DNA of 27,330 nucleotides from Candidatus Coprovivens sp. (GCA_051892935.1 JBJFGS010000002.1:1-27330), one strand, 5' to 3'; positions 9,795 to 18,952 are shown, counted from the stretch's first letter. Notes: generated by a model from the sequence alone, not told the origin. Numbers and translations: made by a program.

Positions 9795-10337
9795 TTATTT
9801 TGGACTCCTTATCAAAAAATCAATATATTTTATAATAGTTTCTTCATCTTCTTTCATACCATTTCTAAACCAAGAATTCAATAATGAAAAAACAGCACTT
9901 ACATAAAAATCAGCTATATACCTAGCTGGAATATCCATACTAATATCAAGATTAGCTATCTGCTCCTCAACATCTTTAACATAAATATCATAAAGCATAT
10001 AAGAACTTAATCCATCACTTCTAGACGAATTAAGAGCATTAATTAAATCTGGATTTTCTTTAGCTTTTTCAATATATAAACGAGCAATACTCAAATAATA
10101 AGCAATAATTCCATTATTAGTATCAGCTTTATTTTTAATATCGTTATGCAATTCTTTAACAATAAAATTTAATAAATCATACTTATCTTCAAAATGATTA
10201 TAAAAAGTAGTTTTATGAACCATAGCGACATCACATATTTCATTAACTCTAATTTCATCAAAACTCTTTTTTTCTAATAAACTAAAAAAAGCTCTAACTA
10301 TTAAAGTTTTTGTTTTATATTCTTTTAATTTTTTCAT
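9795..10337 (-). CDS. TetR/AcrR-family transcriptional regulator
   Basis: HTH IRVNEICDVAMVHKTTFYNHFEDKYDLL; divergent from the MMPL gene. Confidence 0.93.
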   Translation of the reverse strand: MKKLKEYKTKTLIVRAFFSLLEKKSFDEIRVNEICDVAMVHKTTFYNHFEDKYDLLNFIVKELHNDIKNKADTNNGIIAYYLSIARLYIEKAKENPDLINALNSSRSDGLSSYMLYDIYVKDVEEQIANLDISMDIPARYIADFYVSAVFSLLNSWFRNGMKEDEETIIKYIDFLIRSPK

Positions 10338-10388
10338 ATTATCGCCTCGTAAAGTATTTTACGCTTATTATAGACAAAAATCAATATA

Positions 10389-10440
10389 AGTATAAAATTA
10401 TACTAAAGTAGAAAAAAGTAGTTTAATATAGTATAAAATA
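10389..10440. promoter_or_regulatory. Candidate TetR operator(s) in the divergent intergenic region
   Basis: Inverted repeat AGTATAA-AA-TTATACT (10389-10404) and a second AGTATAAAAT copy at 10430-10439; the region is AT-rich, so chance is possible. Confidence 0.4.
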
Positions 10441-10484
10441 TATCATATAATCCTTTAGTACATTTATTGTACAAAGGAGGAATT

Positions 10485-12719
10485 ATGAAAGAAAAAAAAG
10501 AAAAAAAAGGATTATTAATAAAAATAGGTGATTTTATTACAGACAAAAGATATATTATATTAGCTATATTTATAGCATTTTCTATTTTTTGTTTATGTAA
10601 TATAAATAATGTTGAAATAAATGATAGTATAGTTAGTTATCTTCCAAATGATACTGAAACTAAACAAGGTTTAGATATAATGGAAGAAGAATTTGACCAA
10701 CTAAATACAATTAAATTAATGGTTAGTGATATATCATTAGAAGAAGCTAACAAATTAGTTAAAGAAATATCAAATATTGATAATATCCAAAGTGTTCAAT
10801 TTGACGGAACAGAAACGTCATATAAAGACAATAAAGCGTTATATACAATTATTGTAGGAAATATAGAAGATGAAGAAATAGAAGAAATTAAAAATAATAT
10901 TGAAGATACAATTAAAGAAGAAAAATATGACTTATACTCTGAACTATTTGAAAAACCTACAGATGGAATAAATATTGCTTTAATATCTGCTATTATTGTA
11001 ATAATTATAATATTAATAATAACATCTAAAACTTATTTTGAACCGATTATTGCTTTTATTATTTTTGGTATATCAATAATACTTAATATGGGAACAAACT
11101 TCATATTTGGAGAGATATCATACATTACTAAATCCATCGCAGTCATATTACAATTAGCTTTATCAATAGACTATGTAATAATATTTATGAACCAATATAT
11201 GAAAGAAATCTCTGATACTGATGATAAAATACTAGCAATCAAAAAAACAATTAGTAAGTCTATATCAGAAATATTTGCCAGTAGTCTTACAACAATCTCA
11301 GGACTATTAGCATTAGCATTCATGCATCTAAAAATAGGTGAAGATATAGGTTTAGTATTATCAAAAGGAATACTATGTAGCTTATTAACAGTAATTTTAG
11401 TAATGCCTAGTTTACTATCCATATTCAATAAATATATTTTAAAATTTAAGAAAAAAGAAAAAGAATCAAAAAGTGATAAAATAGGTCAAATAATATTTAA
11501 GGGTAGAAAAATACTATTACCAGTATTTTTAATACTAGTAATAATATCTATATTTATAAGTACTAAATATAATTATGTATATAATACAACAACAGCTTCT
11601 TCAATTAATCAAAGTAATAATACAATATCCCATCAAAATATAGAAGAAGAATTTGGTACTAGTAATAATATTGTAATTTTAATAAAAAATAATAATAAAG
11701 ATTATACTAAAGAATTAGAATTATCTAACGAATTATTATCTAATAAAAACATTACATCAGTAACTTCATTAGGTAGTTATTATTTAAATGATAATATAGC
11801 ATTAGGAACAGAAATAAATTATTTAGAACTATCCCAACTATTTAATATAGATTCTAAAACTACTTTAGATTTATATAAATACTATGCAACATTAAATAAT
11901 GAAACTAATAACTTAGAAAATATTGATACATATAAAATATCAATTATTAATTTATTATGCTTTTTAAATCAAAATAAAGAAACACTTCAATTACCTCAAG
12001 AATTATCAATTCAAATAGAAAATTACTACAATGTTTTAAGCGAATCAATTTCTCTTTTAGAAAGTGATAACTATTCTAGAATAATATTAAATATTAATCT
12101 ACAAGAAGAAGGAGAAAAAACAGAAAAAGCCATTGAAGAAATAAGATCTATTACAGAAAATTATTATGATAACGTTATCTTAGTAGGTAATAGCATTAAT
12201 GCTATTGATTTAAAATCTTCATTTACTGCAGACAATATTATTATTACCTTAATAACAATAATCTTTATTGCTATAATTCTACTATTTACATTTAAATCAA
12301 TACCAATGACTTTACTACTTATTTTTACTATTGAAGGAAGTGTTTTCATTAACTTTGGTTTAATAACATTACTTGGAAAAGAAATATTCTTTATGTCATA
12401 TATAGTAGTATCAGCAATTCAAATGGGAGCAACTATTGATTATGCAATAGTAATAGCAAGTAGATACAAACAATTAAGAAATAAAACAGATAAGAAAGAA
12501 GCTATCGTTGAAACATTAAATGATCGTTTACCAGCAGTTATTACAAGTGGTTTAATTTTATTAATTGCAGGATTCTTAATTGGTTTTATATCAAAAAACT
12601 CTGTAATATCATCAATCGGACTATTCTTAGGAACCGGTACTCTAATATCACTTATTGCAACAATCTTTGTTTTACCAGCTCTTTTATATTTATTTGATAA
12701 AATAATAATAAAAAAATAA
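10485..12719 (+). CDS. MMPL/RND-family membrane transporter
   Basis: Two TM blocks with LALSIDY and MGATIDY motifs and large extracytoplasmic loops. Start moved to ATG 10485, which follows AAAGGAGG. Confidence 0.9.
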   Translation: MKEKKEKKGLLIKIGDFITDKRYIILAIFIAFSIFCLCNINNVEINDSIVSYLPNDTETKQGLDIMEEEFDQLNTIKLMVSDISLEEANKLVKEISNIDNIQSVQFDGTETSYKDNKALYTIIVGNIEDEEIEEIKNNIEDTIKEEKYDLYSELFEKPTDGINIALISAIIVIIIILIITSKTYFEPIIAFIIFGISIILNMGTNFIFGEISYITKSIAVILQLALSIDYVIIFMNQYMKEISDTDDKILAIKKTISKSISEIFASSLTTISGLLALAFMHLKIGEDIGLVLSKGILCSLLTVILVMPSLLSIFNKYILKFKKKEKESKSDKIGQIIFKGRKILLPVFLILVIISIFISTKYNYVYNTTTASSINQSNNTISHQNIEEEFGTSNNIVILIKNNNKDYTKELELSNELLSNKNITSVTSLGSYYLNDNIALGTEINYLELSQLFNIDSKTTLDLYKYYATLNNETNNLENIDTYKISIINLLCFLNQNKETLQLPQELSIQIENYYNVLSESISLLESDNYSRIILNINLQEEGEKTEKAIEEIRSITENYYDNVILVGNSINAIDLKSSFTADNIIITLITIIFIAIILLFTFKSIPMTLLLIFTIEGSVFINFGLITLLGKEIFFMSYIVVSAIQMGATIDYAIVIASRYKQLRNKTDKKEAIVETLNDRLPAVITSGLILLIAGFLIGFISKNSVISSIGLFLGTGTLISLIATIFVLPALLYLFDKIIIKK

Positions 12720-12722
12720 CTT

Positions 12723-12753
12723 AAATACTTAGTTAAAAAACTAAGTATTTTTT
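12723..12753 (+). terminator. Intrinsic terminator
   Basis: AAATACTTAGTT-AAAA-AACTAAGTATTT followed by a T run. Confidence 0.7.
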
Positions 12754-12795
12754 GTTATAATAAAAATAACAAATATAAAAGAAAGAAGTACTACT

Positions 12796-13443
12796 ATGAA
12801 TTTAATGATAGAAGAATTAATAGAACTACTACTAGATGGAGAAATTGAACTAAGTCAAAATAAAAAAACACCTAAAATACTAAAATATCCATTAATTATA
12901 ATAATATTATTAATATACTTAGGAATAATATCAATTACTATAATAACAAGTATCTTACTACTAAAAGAATCTCCTCTAATAAGTATTATATTATTAATAA
13001 TATGCACACTATTTATAGTATATACTATTTATAAATTTAAAGTTACATATATAAAAAGAAATCCTTCTTCTGAAATGACAGAAATATGGAAAAGATTTGT
13101 TGAAAATATATGCACAAAAAAACTCAAAGACTTAACTGATATTCAAAAAAATGCCGTATTATGTTTTTACTATGATAGTGAAATGGGTATCGGTGGACAC
13201 ACTAACTATTTTGATAACTACCATAAAGTAAATAATGATAGTTTAAAAAAATCATTAGAAATAGTAGCAAATAAAAAATATGTAAAAAACTTTGAAGAAG
13301 CCATAGTTCATGGAAAAGAAGACAATTACGAAAAAACAGATAAAGTTTATAAAAAAATCACCCCATGTCTAACAGAATATATAGAAAACTATTTATATAA
13401 AAATAAATATGAAATTCTAAAAGAAAAAGAAGAAATATTTTAA
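12796..13443 (+). CDS. Membrane protein (2 TM) with a C-terminal DUF4375/DMP19-like domain
   Basis: Two hydrophobic helices, then YDSEMGIGGHTNYFDN, resembling the E-V-x-N-G-G-x-x-Q-Y-F-x-N motif of DUF4375. Confidence 0.55.
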   Translation: MNLMIEELIELLLDGEIELSQNKKTPKILKYPLIIIILLIYLGIISITIITSILLLKESPLISIILLIICTLFIVYTIYKFKVTYIKRNPSSEMTEIWKRFVENICTKKLKDLTDIQKNAVLCFYYDSEMGIGGHTNYFDNYHKVNNDSLKKSLEIVANKKYVKNFEEAIVHGKEDNYEKTDKVYKKITPCLTEYIENYLYKNKYEILKEKEEIF

Positions 13444-13473
13444 CAAATCCTAATCTATAAAAAAGGAGAATTT

Positions 13474-13986
13474 ATGAAAATAGAAAGTAATATGAATCAT
13501 ACATACTTAAAACACTATAACGTAGCTAAAGGAATAGCAGTAAACAAAAAGAAAGTCTTAAAAAAGAAAACCAACAAAGTACCAAGTTACTTATTATCAG
13601 CTATAATAACAATTAGTTTACTATTAATCTTTTTCATAGTATTTATAATAGTAGATAAATCAAAAATATTCACTATAGTATTTTTATTATTTATAATAGT
13701 TTATATCTTATATGCTACATCAAGAACAATATGGTCATACAACTTTAAAAAGAAAAATAATTTTATAAACGAAATAATAATAAATGAAGATGGTATTACA
13801 GATAAATCATTCTATGATATAAAAATAAATCTTAACTGGTCCAAAATAAAAGCCTTAGTTATTAAGAAAAATACTTTAGCTTTCTTAACTGATACATCAT
13901 TATACTTTTTCTTTGATATCAAAGAAAAAGAAACCATAATAAAAGCTATAAATAAATACAACAAAGATTTACCTATAATAGAATAA
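13474..13986 (+). CDS. YcxB-like membrane protein
   Basis: Two TM helices followed by INEDGI...LNWSKIK, a PH-like YcxB-type C-terminus; AAAGGAG RBS. Confidence 0.55.
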   Translation: MKIESNMNHTYLKHYNVAKGIAVNKKKVLKKKTNKVPSYLLSAIITISLLLIFFIVFIIVDKSKIFTIVFLLFIIVYILYATSRTIWSYNFKKKNNFINEIIINEDGITDKSFYDIKINLNWSKIKALVIKKNTLAFLTDTSLYFFFDIKEKETIIKAINKYNKDLPIIE

Positions 13987-14009
13987 ATTAATAAAAAAGG
14001 AGAATAAAT

Positions 14010-14918
14010 ATGAATAATAAAGTAGTAATAATAGGTTGTGGTAATGTCGGAATGAGTTATGCTTATGCCTTACTTAATCAAAGAACATACGTAAATAAAT
14101 TAATGTTAATAGATTTAAACAGAGAAAGAGTAGAAGGAGAAGTAGCAGACTTAAATCATTGTCTTCCATATGCACCATCTAAAATAAGTATTAACGTTGG
14201 AGAATACAAAGACTGTAAAGATGCAAGAATAGTTGTCATAGCAGCAGGTGCTAATCAAAAACCAGGTGAAACCAGAATGGACCTAATCCATAAGAATGCT
14301 ACTATCTTTAAAGATATAGTTAGTAAAGTAATGTCTTCTGGTTTTAATGGAATATTTTTAGTAGCAACTAATCCATTAGATGTTATGACTTACTTAACAT
14401 ACAAATATTCAGGACTTCCAGCTAGTAGAGTAATCGGTACTGGTACAAGTCTAGATACAGCAAGACTTCAACTAATAATAGGTAAAAAACTATGTATAAA
14501 TCCTAAAAATATTCAAGGATATGTAATAGGTGAACATGGTGACTCAGAATTCATTCCTTGGAGTAACGCTAATATAAGTCTTCAAAACATTAAAGAATTC
14601 TTTAGTAAAGAAGAACTAGATGAAATAGAAGATGATGTAAGAAATGCAGCATATGAAATAATTAATAAAAAAGGTGCTACCTACTACGGAATAGGTATGG
14701 CTATGGTAAGAATAACTAATGCTATACTTGGTAATGAAAACACTATAATAGCATTATCTGTCTATGATGAAACCAATGACGTTTATATAGGACTTCCAGC
14801 TATTTTAAATGAAAATGGAGTACAAAGAAGAATTAAATTAAAATTAACTAAAGAAGAAGAAGATAAACTTCAACATTCTATAGATATAATAAAAGAAAAT
14901 ATAAATAGTATTAAATAA
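14010..14918 (+). CDS. ldh: L-lactate dehydrogenase
   Basis: IIGCGNVG, AGANQKPGETRMDL, ATNPLD, LDTAR, GEHGDS, KGATYYGIG. Confidence 0.96.
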   Translation: MNNKVVIIGCGNVGMSYAYALLNQRTYVNKLMLIDLNRERVEGEVADLNHCLPYAPSKISINVGEYKDCKDARIVVIAAGANQKPGETRMDLIHKNATIFKDIVSKVMSSGFNGIFLVATNPLDVMTYLTYKYSGLPASRVIGTGTSLDTARLQLIIGKKLCINPKNIQGYVIGEHGDSEFIPWSNANISLQNIKEFFSKEELDEIEDDVRNAAYEIINKKGATYYGIGMAMVRITNAILGNENTIIALSVYDETNDVYIGLPAILNENGVQRRIKLKLTKEEEDKLQHSIDIIKENINSIK

Positions 14919-14942
14919 AAGATATTAAAAATATCTTTTTTT
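14917..14942 (+). terminator. Intrinsic terminator after ldh
   Basis: AAAAGATATT-AA-AAATATCTTTT followed by a T run. Confidence 0.65.
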
Positions 14943-15002
14943 AGTGAAAAAACCTATTTAATTTTATTCAAACTTCATATATTAAAATGAAAGGAGAAAA
15001 AA

Positions 15003-15536
15003 ATGAATAATAATTTAGATAACATAAGACGTCGTATAGAATGCGAACAAGAAAGAATGCCCCAACAAAGTTGTTGCTGCTGTGGATTAAGACCTAGCGG
15101 TGGAACTACAGGCCCAACAGGTCCAATGGGAGCAACTGGTCCAACAGGCCCAACAGGCCCAACAGGGCCTCAAGGACTACAAGGAATCCAAGGTATTCAA
15201 GGTATAATTGGTCCTACAGGGCCTCAAGGTATCCAAGGAGTTCAAGGTGCAACAGGGCCTACTGGTCCACAAGGTCTAGCAGGTACCGCAGGTGAAACTG
15301 GTCCAACCGGACCACAAGGAGTCCAAGGTCTACAAGGTGTTGCCGGAGCAACCGGTCCTACAGGTCCTACAGGACCAACAGGATTAACTGGACCAACAGG
15401 ACCTACTGGATTAACTGGAGCAACTGGTCCAACCGGACCTACTGGTGCAACAGGACCTACTGGTTTAACCGGAGCAACTGGTCCTACAGGCCCAACCGGC
15501 CCAACTCACACAACTATAAGTGAAAGTAATAGGTAA
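15003..15536 (+). CDS. 5' half of an interrupted collagen-like protein (Cys-rich N-terminus plus GPT/GxQ triplets); the last about 10 codons come from the inserted element
   Basis: AAAGGAG RBS, SCCCC, then Gly-X-Y triplets that stop abruptly at ...GPT, followed by HTTISESNR*, exactly at the att core. Confidence 0.92.
   Translation: MNNNLDNIRRRIECEQERMPQQSCCCCGLRPSGGTTGPTGPMGATGPTGPTGPTGPQGLQGIQGIQGIIGPTGPQGIQGVQGATGPTGPQGLAGTAGETGPTGPQGVQGLQGVAGATGPTGPTGPTGLTGPTGPTGLTGATGPTGPTGATGPTGLTGATGPTGPTGPTHTTISESNR
15489..15529 (+). repeat. attL: GPT-repeat half-site, AC core (15504-15505), 9-bp spacer, arm TATAAGTGAAAGTAA (15515-15529)
   Basis: GGCCCAACCGGCCCA|AC|TCACACAAC TATAAGTGAAAGTAA; the arm is the exact reverse complement of 24291-24305. 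Confidence 0.9.
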
Positions 15537-15550
15537 TTTTTAGACCATTT

Positions 15551-17158
15551 TTAATATAATGGTTTAATTTTATAACAAATATTAACATTTTGTTCTTCAT
15601 CAATTTCAATTTTGCTAATTAATGAAGATAAAAGTTTTTTACTTGGCTTTTTAAGTTTTAGATATTCTTTAATAATACCTGTATATCTTATATTATCTTT
15701 ATTAGCTACTTTATTTTTTAATGTGAATAATTTTGTTTCAATTTCGTTAGCTTTTTTCTTAAGATTATATGTTTCAGTAGTTAGATTATTATATTGTCTT
15801 TTAAACATTTCTTCATCAATAAGACCTTTTAATTTATCTTTATATAGTCTATCAATAAAAATTGTTTGTTGGCTAATATCTTTTTTAACTTTAGCAAGTT
15901 GTTTTTCTAAATCTACTTGAATTTTAGTTAATTTATCATTATTTTTTAAAAGTTCTTCAAAGTTGCTTGTTTTTAAATAAGAACGACACTTTTTTCTAAT
16001 ATCTTTTAATATTTCACTTTCTAACTCATCATAATCAAGTTTATGTGGGCTACAAACATTATATCTTGAATATTTTTTATAATAATTACAATAACAAATA
16101 TTTTTTGTTTTCTTTTCGCCATTACAAGTCCATTTTGCTTGACCTATTGATATTGTGTGTCCGCACTCTTTACAAACAAGAAAGCCTCTTAATAAATATT
16201 CTTTAGAGTTTTCGGTTCTATTTTTATTTTTGTTATACATATCTTGAACTATATTAAATGTTTCTTCATCAATGATAGCAGGACAAGCACCTTTTGCTAT
16301 AATCCAATTTTCTTTGTTGTTTTTTCTTCTTTTCTTTGATTTATAACTTACTTTATATTCTCTACATTGTGTTAAATCTCCCTTATAAGTTGGATTTGTA
16401 AGTATATCGCTTATAGTTGTTTCTTGCCATACACCATAAACACTTGATTTAACACCACGATTAAGATTTTTTGAAACACTTGGTATAGGTATATTTTCAT
16501 CAGTTAGTAAATTAGCAATTTTTTTAACACCCATGCCATTAATAAATAAATCATAAATTCTTTTTACAATTTCGGCTTGTTCTTCATCAATGATTAATTC
16601 GTGCTTATCATAAGGTAAATTTCTTTGATACCCATAAGGTGCTATACCACCCATAAATTTACCATTTCTTTTTTGAGAGTTTAAAGTTGCTTTAATTTTA
16701 GTAGATATATCTTTAACATACATTTCATTATAAAATGCCTTAAACATTAACATATCGGTATTTTGTGATTTATCAAATGTATCAACACCATCAGTTAAAG
16801 CAACATATCTTACATTTTTTTCTTGAAAATATTCAGTAGAATAATATAAACTTTGTGAAATATTACGACCTAAACGACTTGTATCTTTTGTGATAACCAT
16901 ATTTATACGACCATTTTCTATATCGTTTATTAGTCGTTCCCAACCCTCTCTATCAAATTGTGTTCCACTAACTCCATCATCAACATATTCATCAATAAGC
17001 ATAAGATTATTTTTAATAATATAATTCATAATATAATCTCTTTGATTACTTATACTTTGGCTTTCATCAATTCTTTGATTTTCTTTTTCACTATCTCTTA
17101 TATCTTCACTTGATAATCTTAAGTATATTCCAACCTTAAATGTTTCATTAGTATTCAT
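15551..17158 (-). CDS. Large serine recombinase (resolvase, recombinase and zinc-ribbon domains with a DUF4368-like coiled-coil C-terminus; TnpX/TndX-like)
   Basis: GIYLRLS catalytic Ser, ESQSISNQ, DDGVSG, KDTSRLGRN, APYGY, LLRGFLVCKECG...C...C zinc ribbon, LYKDKLKGLIDEEMF; GAAAGGAG RBS. Confidence 0.96.
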   Translation of the reverse strand: MNTNETFKVGIYLRLSSEDIRDSEKENQRIDESQSISNQRDYIMNYIIKNNLMLIDEYVDDGVSGTQFDREGWERLINDIENGRINMVITKDTSRLGRNISQSLYYSTEYFQEKNVRYVALTDGVDTFDKSQNTDMLMFKAFYNEMYVKDISTKIKATLNSQKRNGKFMGGIAPYGYQRNLPYDKHELIIDEEQAEIVKRIYDLFINGMGVKKIANLLTDENIPIPSVSKNLNRGVKSSVYGVWQETTISDILTNPTYKGDLTQCREYKVSYKSKKRRKNNKENWIIAKGACPAIIDEETFNIVQDMYNKNKNRTENSKEYLLRGFLVCKECGHTISIGQAKWTCNGEKKTKNICYCNYYKKYSRYNVCSPHKLDYDELESEILKDIRKKCRSYLKTSNFEELLKNNDKLTKIQVDLEKQLAKVKKDISQQTIFIDRLYKDKLKGLIDEEMFKRQYNNLTTETYNLKKKANEIETKLFTLKNKVANKDNIRYTGIIKEYLKLKKPSKKLLSSLISKIEIDEEQNVNICYKIKPLY

Positions 17159-17208
17159 AATTTTAACTCCTTTCGCTACTAACGAAACAATCTTTAATAT
17201 ACATATAT

Positions 17209-17217
17209 ATTATACCA
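17209..17217 (-). promoter_or_regulatory. Extended -10 (TGGTATAAT), SigA-type promoter for the recombinase
   Basis: TGnTATAAT about 50 nt upstream of the recombinase start, overlapping one arm of an inverted repeat at about 17215-17248. Confidence 0.55.
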
Positions 17218-17252
17218 TTTTTTCCTTTGTTTTTAAAGGAAAATTGGCTATT

Positions 17253-17360
17253 TTATGCTGATTTTTCAGCAATATTTTCATTAAAATATATGATTAAAAA
17301 TTGTTCCATAATTTCTTGTAAAGTTTTCCCATTTTCTTCAAATGTGCTTGTTATTTTCAT
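17253..17360 (-). CDS. Unannotated 35-aa ORF directly upstream of the recombinase (MKITSTFEENGKTLQEIMEQFLIIYFNENIAEKSA)
   Basis: Translated by hand; AGGTGA RBS just upstream of the ATG; same strand as the recombinase; below the ORF-track size cut-off. Confidence 0.6.
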   Translation of the reverse strand: MKITSTFEENGKTLQEIMEQFLIIYFNENIAEKSA

Positions 17361-17684
17361 AAGTTTCACCTAATTAAACTTATGCCGACATAAGAAATTT
17401 ATAATCCTTTCTTTCTTTTGCTTAAGCAATTAAAGAATATCAATTATTAGCACCTAAAACGAGCAAGCAAAAAAGACCTATTTTTAAAAATAGACCTATT
17501 GAAAATAAAGAGAAAAATGGCAAAAAAATTAATTATTTCGGACAAAATTAAGCAAAATACAACACAAAAAAGTTAATGAAAAACTGTTTTATTTTATATT
17601 TTTTAGTAGTATGATTAAATCACAAAGCAAAGGTACCAAAGTTTTGAATAAAAAATTTTTTAGAAAGAAAAGGAGATTTTAATT

Positions 17685-17978
17685 ATGAAAGAAAAAAATT
17701 TATATGATGTTGTAGCAAAAGGAATTACTAATGGAAAGGAAGCATATATGGAAGTTAATAGTTATATTGAAGATTATATAACTGATATATTGAATAAAAA
17801 AAATATAACTGATACTAACTTTATTGAAAATATGTGTGAAAAAGTATTTGAATATTTTGATGATTATGGAAATTTAACACAAGAAAATGCCCTTAAACTT
17901 GTTTCAAATTATATTGAAAATGAATTAATATTAATTGAATATAATGAAGAGCAAGAAAAGTTAATGAAGAATAGTTAG
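17685..17978 (+). CDS. Hypothetical acidic protein (element cargo)
   Basis: 97-aa ORF with AAAGGAG RBS, followed by a hairpin and T run (about 17967-17997). Confidence 0.75.
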   Translation: MKEKNLYDVVAKGITNGKEAYMEVNSYIEDYITDILNKKNITDTNFIENMCEKVFEYFDDYGNLTQENALKLVSNYIENELILIEYNEEQEKLMKNS

Positions 17979-18028
17979 TTAGGACTATTCTTTTTTTGTG
18001 GTATAATTGATATATGGAGTGTGATTTT

Positions 18029-18952
18029 ATGGGAAAATATCACAATAAACTTGACAAGAAATATTTTGATAAATCAATTTATATGAAAAAGTTTGAAAGT
18101 GCTTTTAATATTAATTCTAAAGATGAAAAATATAAATTACAATATGAATTAGTTTTTGAAACATATAACACTTTTATATCTTTTAATAATCTTTTATTCA
18201 CATTAAACTATATGCCATTAAAAGATAAGGTTAAAAATAGTTTTAATTTACTTAATACTTATGTTGATAAATATAAGAATAAAATTAAAAAATGCTATGA
18301 TAGTAATTGTATAATGCTATATGACAATATGGAAATAATGAAAAATGAATTAGAAGAAATATTAAAAGATTTACAAACAAAGAGAATAAATAAACCTAAC
18401 TTAAAACCTTTTGAAAATGCTATTGAAGAATATATGAATATACTAATCAATTTACATTTTGATAAGTTAGTTGATAGTAAAGACTTACCTTATGAGAAAA
18501 AAGCAAATGATAAATTACCTAAAAAAGTAAATTTAAAAATCATTAATGATTTAGATATTAAAATAAGTGTTCTATTTGATGAAGAAAAACAAAAGGAACT
18601 AAATAATAAGTTTATAAATGATTATTTTAAAATAACAGGAATTGACCTAAATGAAGAAAAAGAACAAAGAGATTTTGTATTTGATACTTTAAATAGAATT
18701 AAAGATATAAACAATGCCATTGTTGATTATTACATATACAAAGATAAAGCAGTATTAAACATTATTAACTATTATTTGATAGATTACTTAAAGCAAGATA
18801 TTTCTTTTGTAAAAGACATAACATATATTAATGTATTTAATAAACTTAAAGATATTTCAAAAAATATAAGTGATGATGATATTGATTTATCTTTTGAAAA
18901 GATTAAAGATTTAATAAATCAATTTAAAAATCTTTATGAAAGGATGAGTTAA
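18029..18952 (+). CDS. Hypothetical helical protein (element cargo)
   Basis: Long ORF; ATG 18029 preferred because of the GGAGTG RBS and TGTGGTATAAT at 17997-18007. Confidence 0.75.
   Translation: MGKYHNKLDKKYFDKSIYMKKFESAFNINSKDEKYKLQYELVFETYNTFISFNNLLFTLNYMPLKDKVKNSFNLLNTYVDKYKNKIKKCYDSNCIMLYDNMEIMKNELEEILKDLQTKRINKPNLKPFENAIEEYMNILINLHFDKLVDSKDLPYEKKANDKLPKKVNLKIINDLDIKISVLFDEEKQKELNNKFINDYFKITGIDLNEEKEQRDFVFDTLNRIKDINNAIVDYYIYKDKAVLNIINYYLIDYLKQDISFVKDITYINVFNKLKDISKNISDDDIDLSFEKIKDLINQFKNLYERMS

Noticed and set aside
701-12349. Short antisense ORFs inside host genes (701, 2993, 5241, 6253, 6500, 7520, 11171, 12164)
   Set aside because: Each lies fully opposite a longer, better-supported gene and has no motif of its own.
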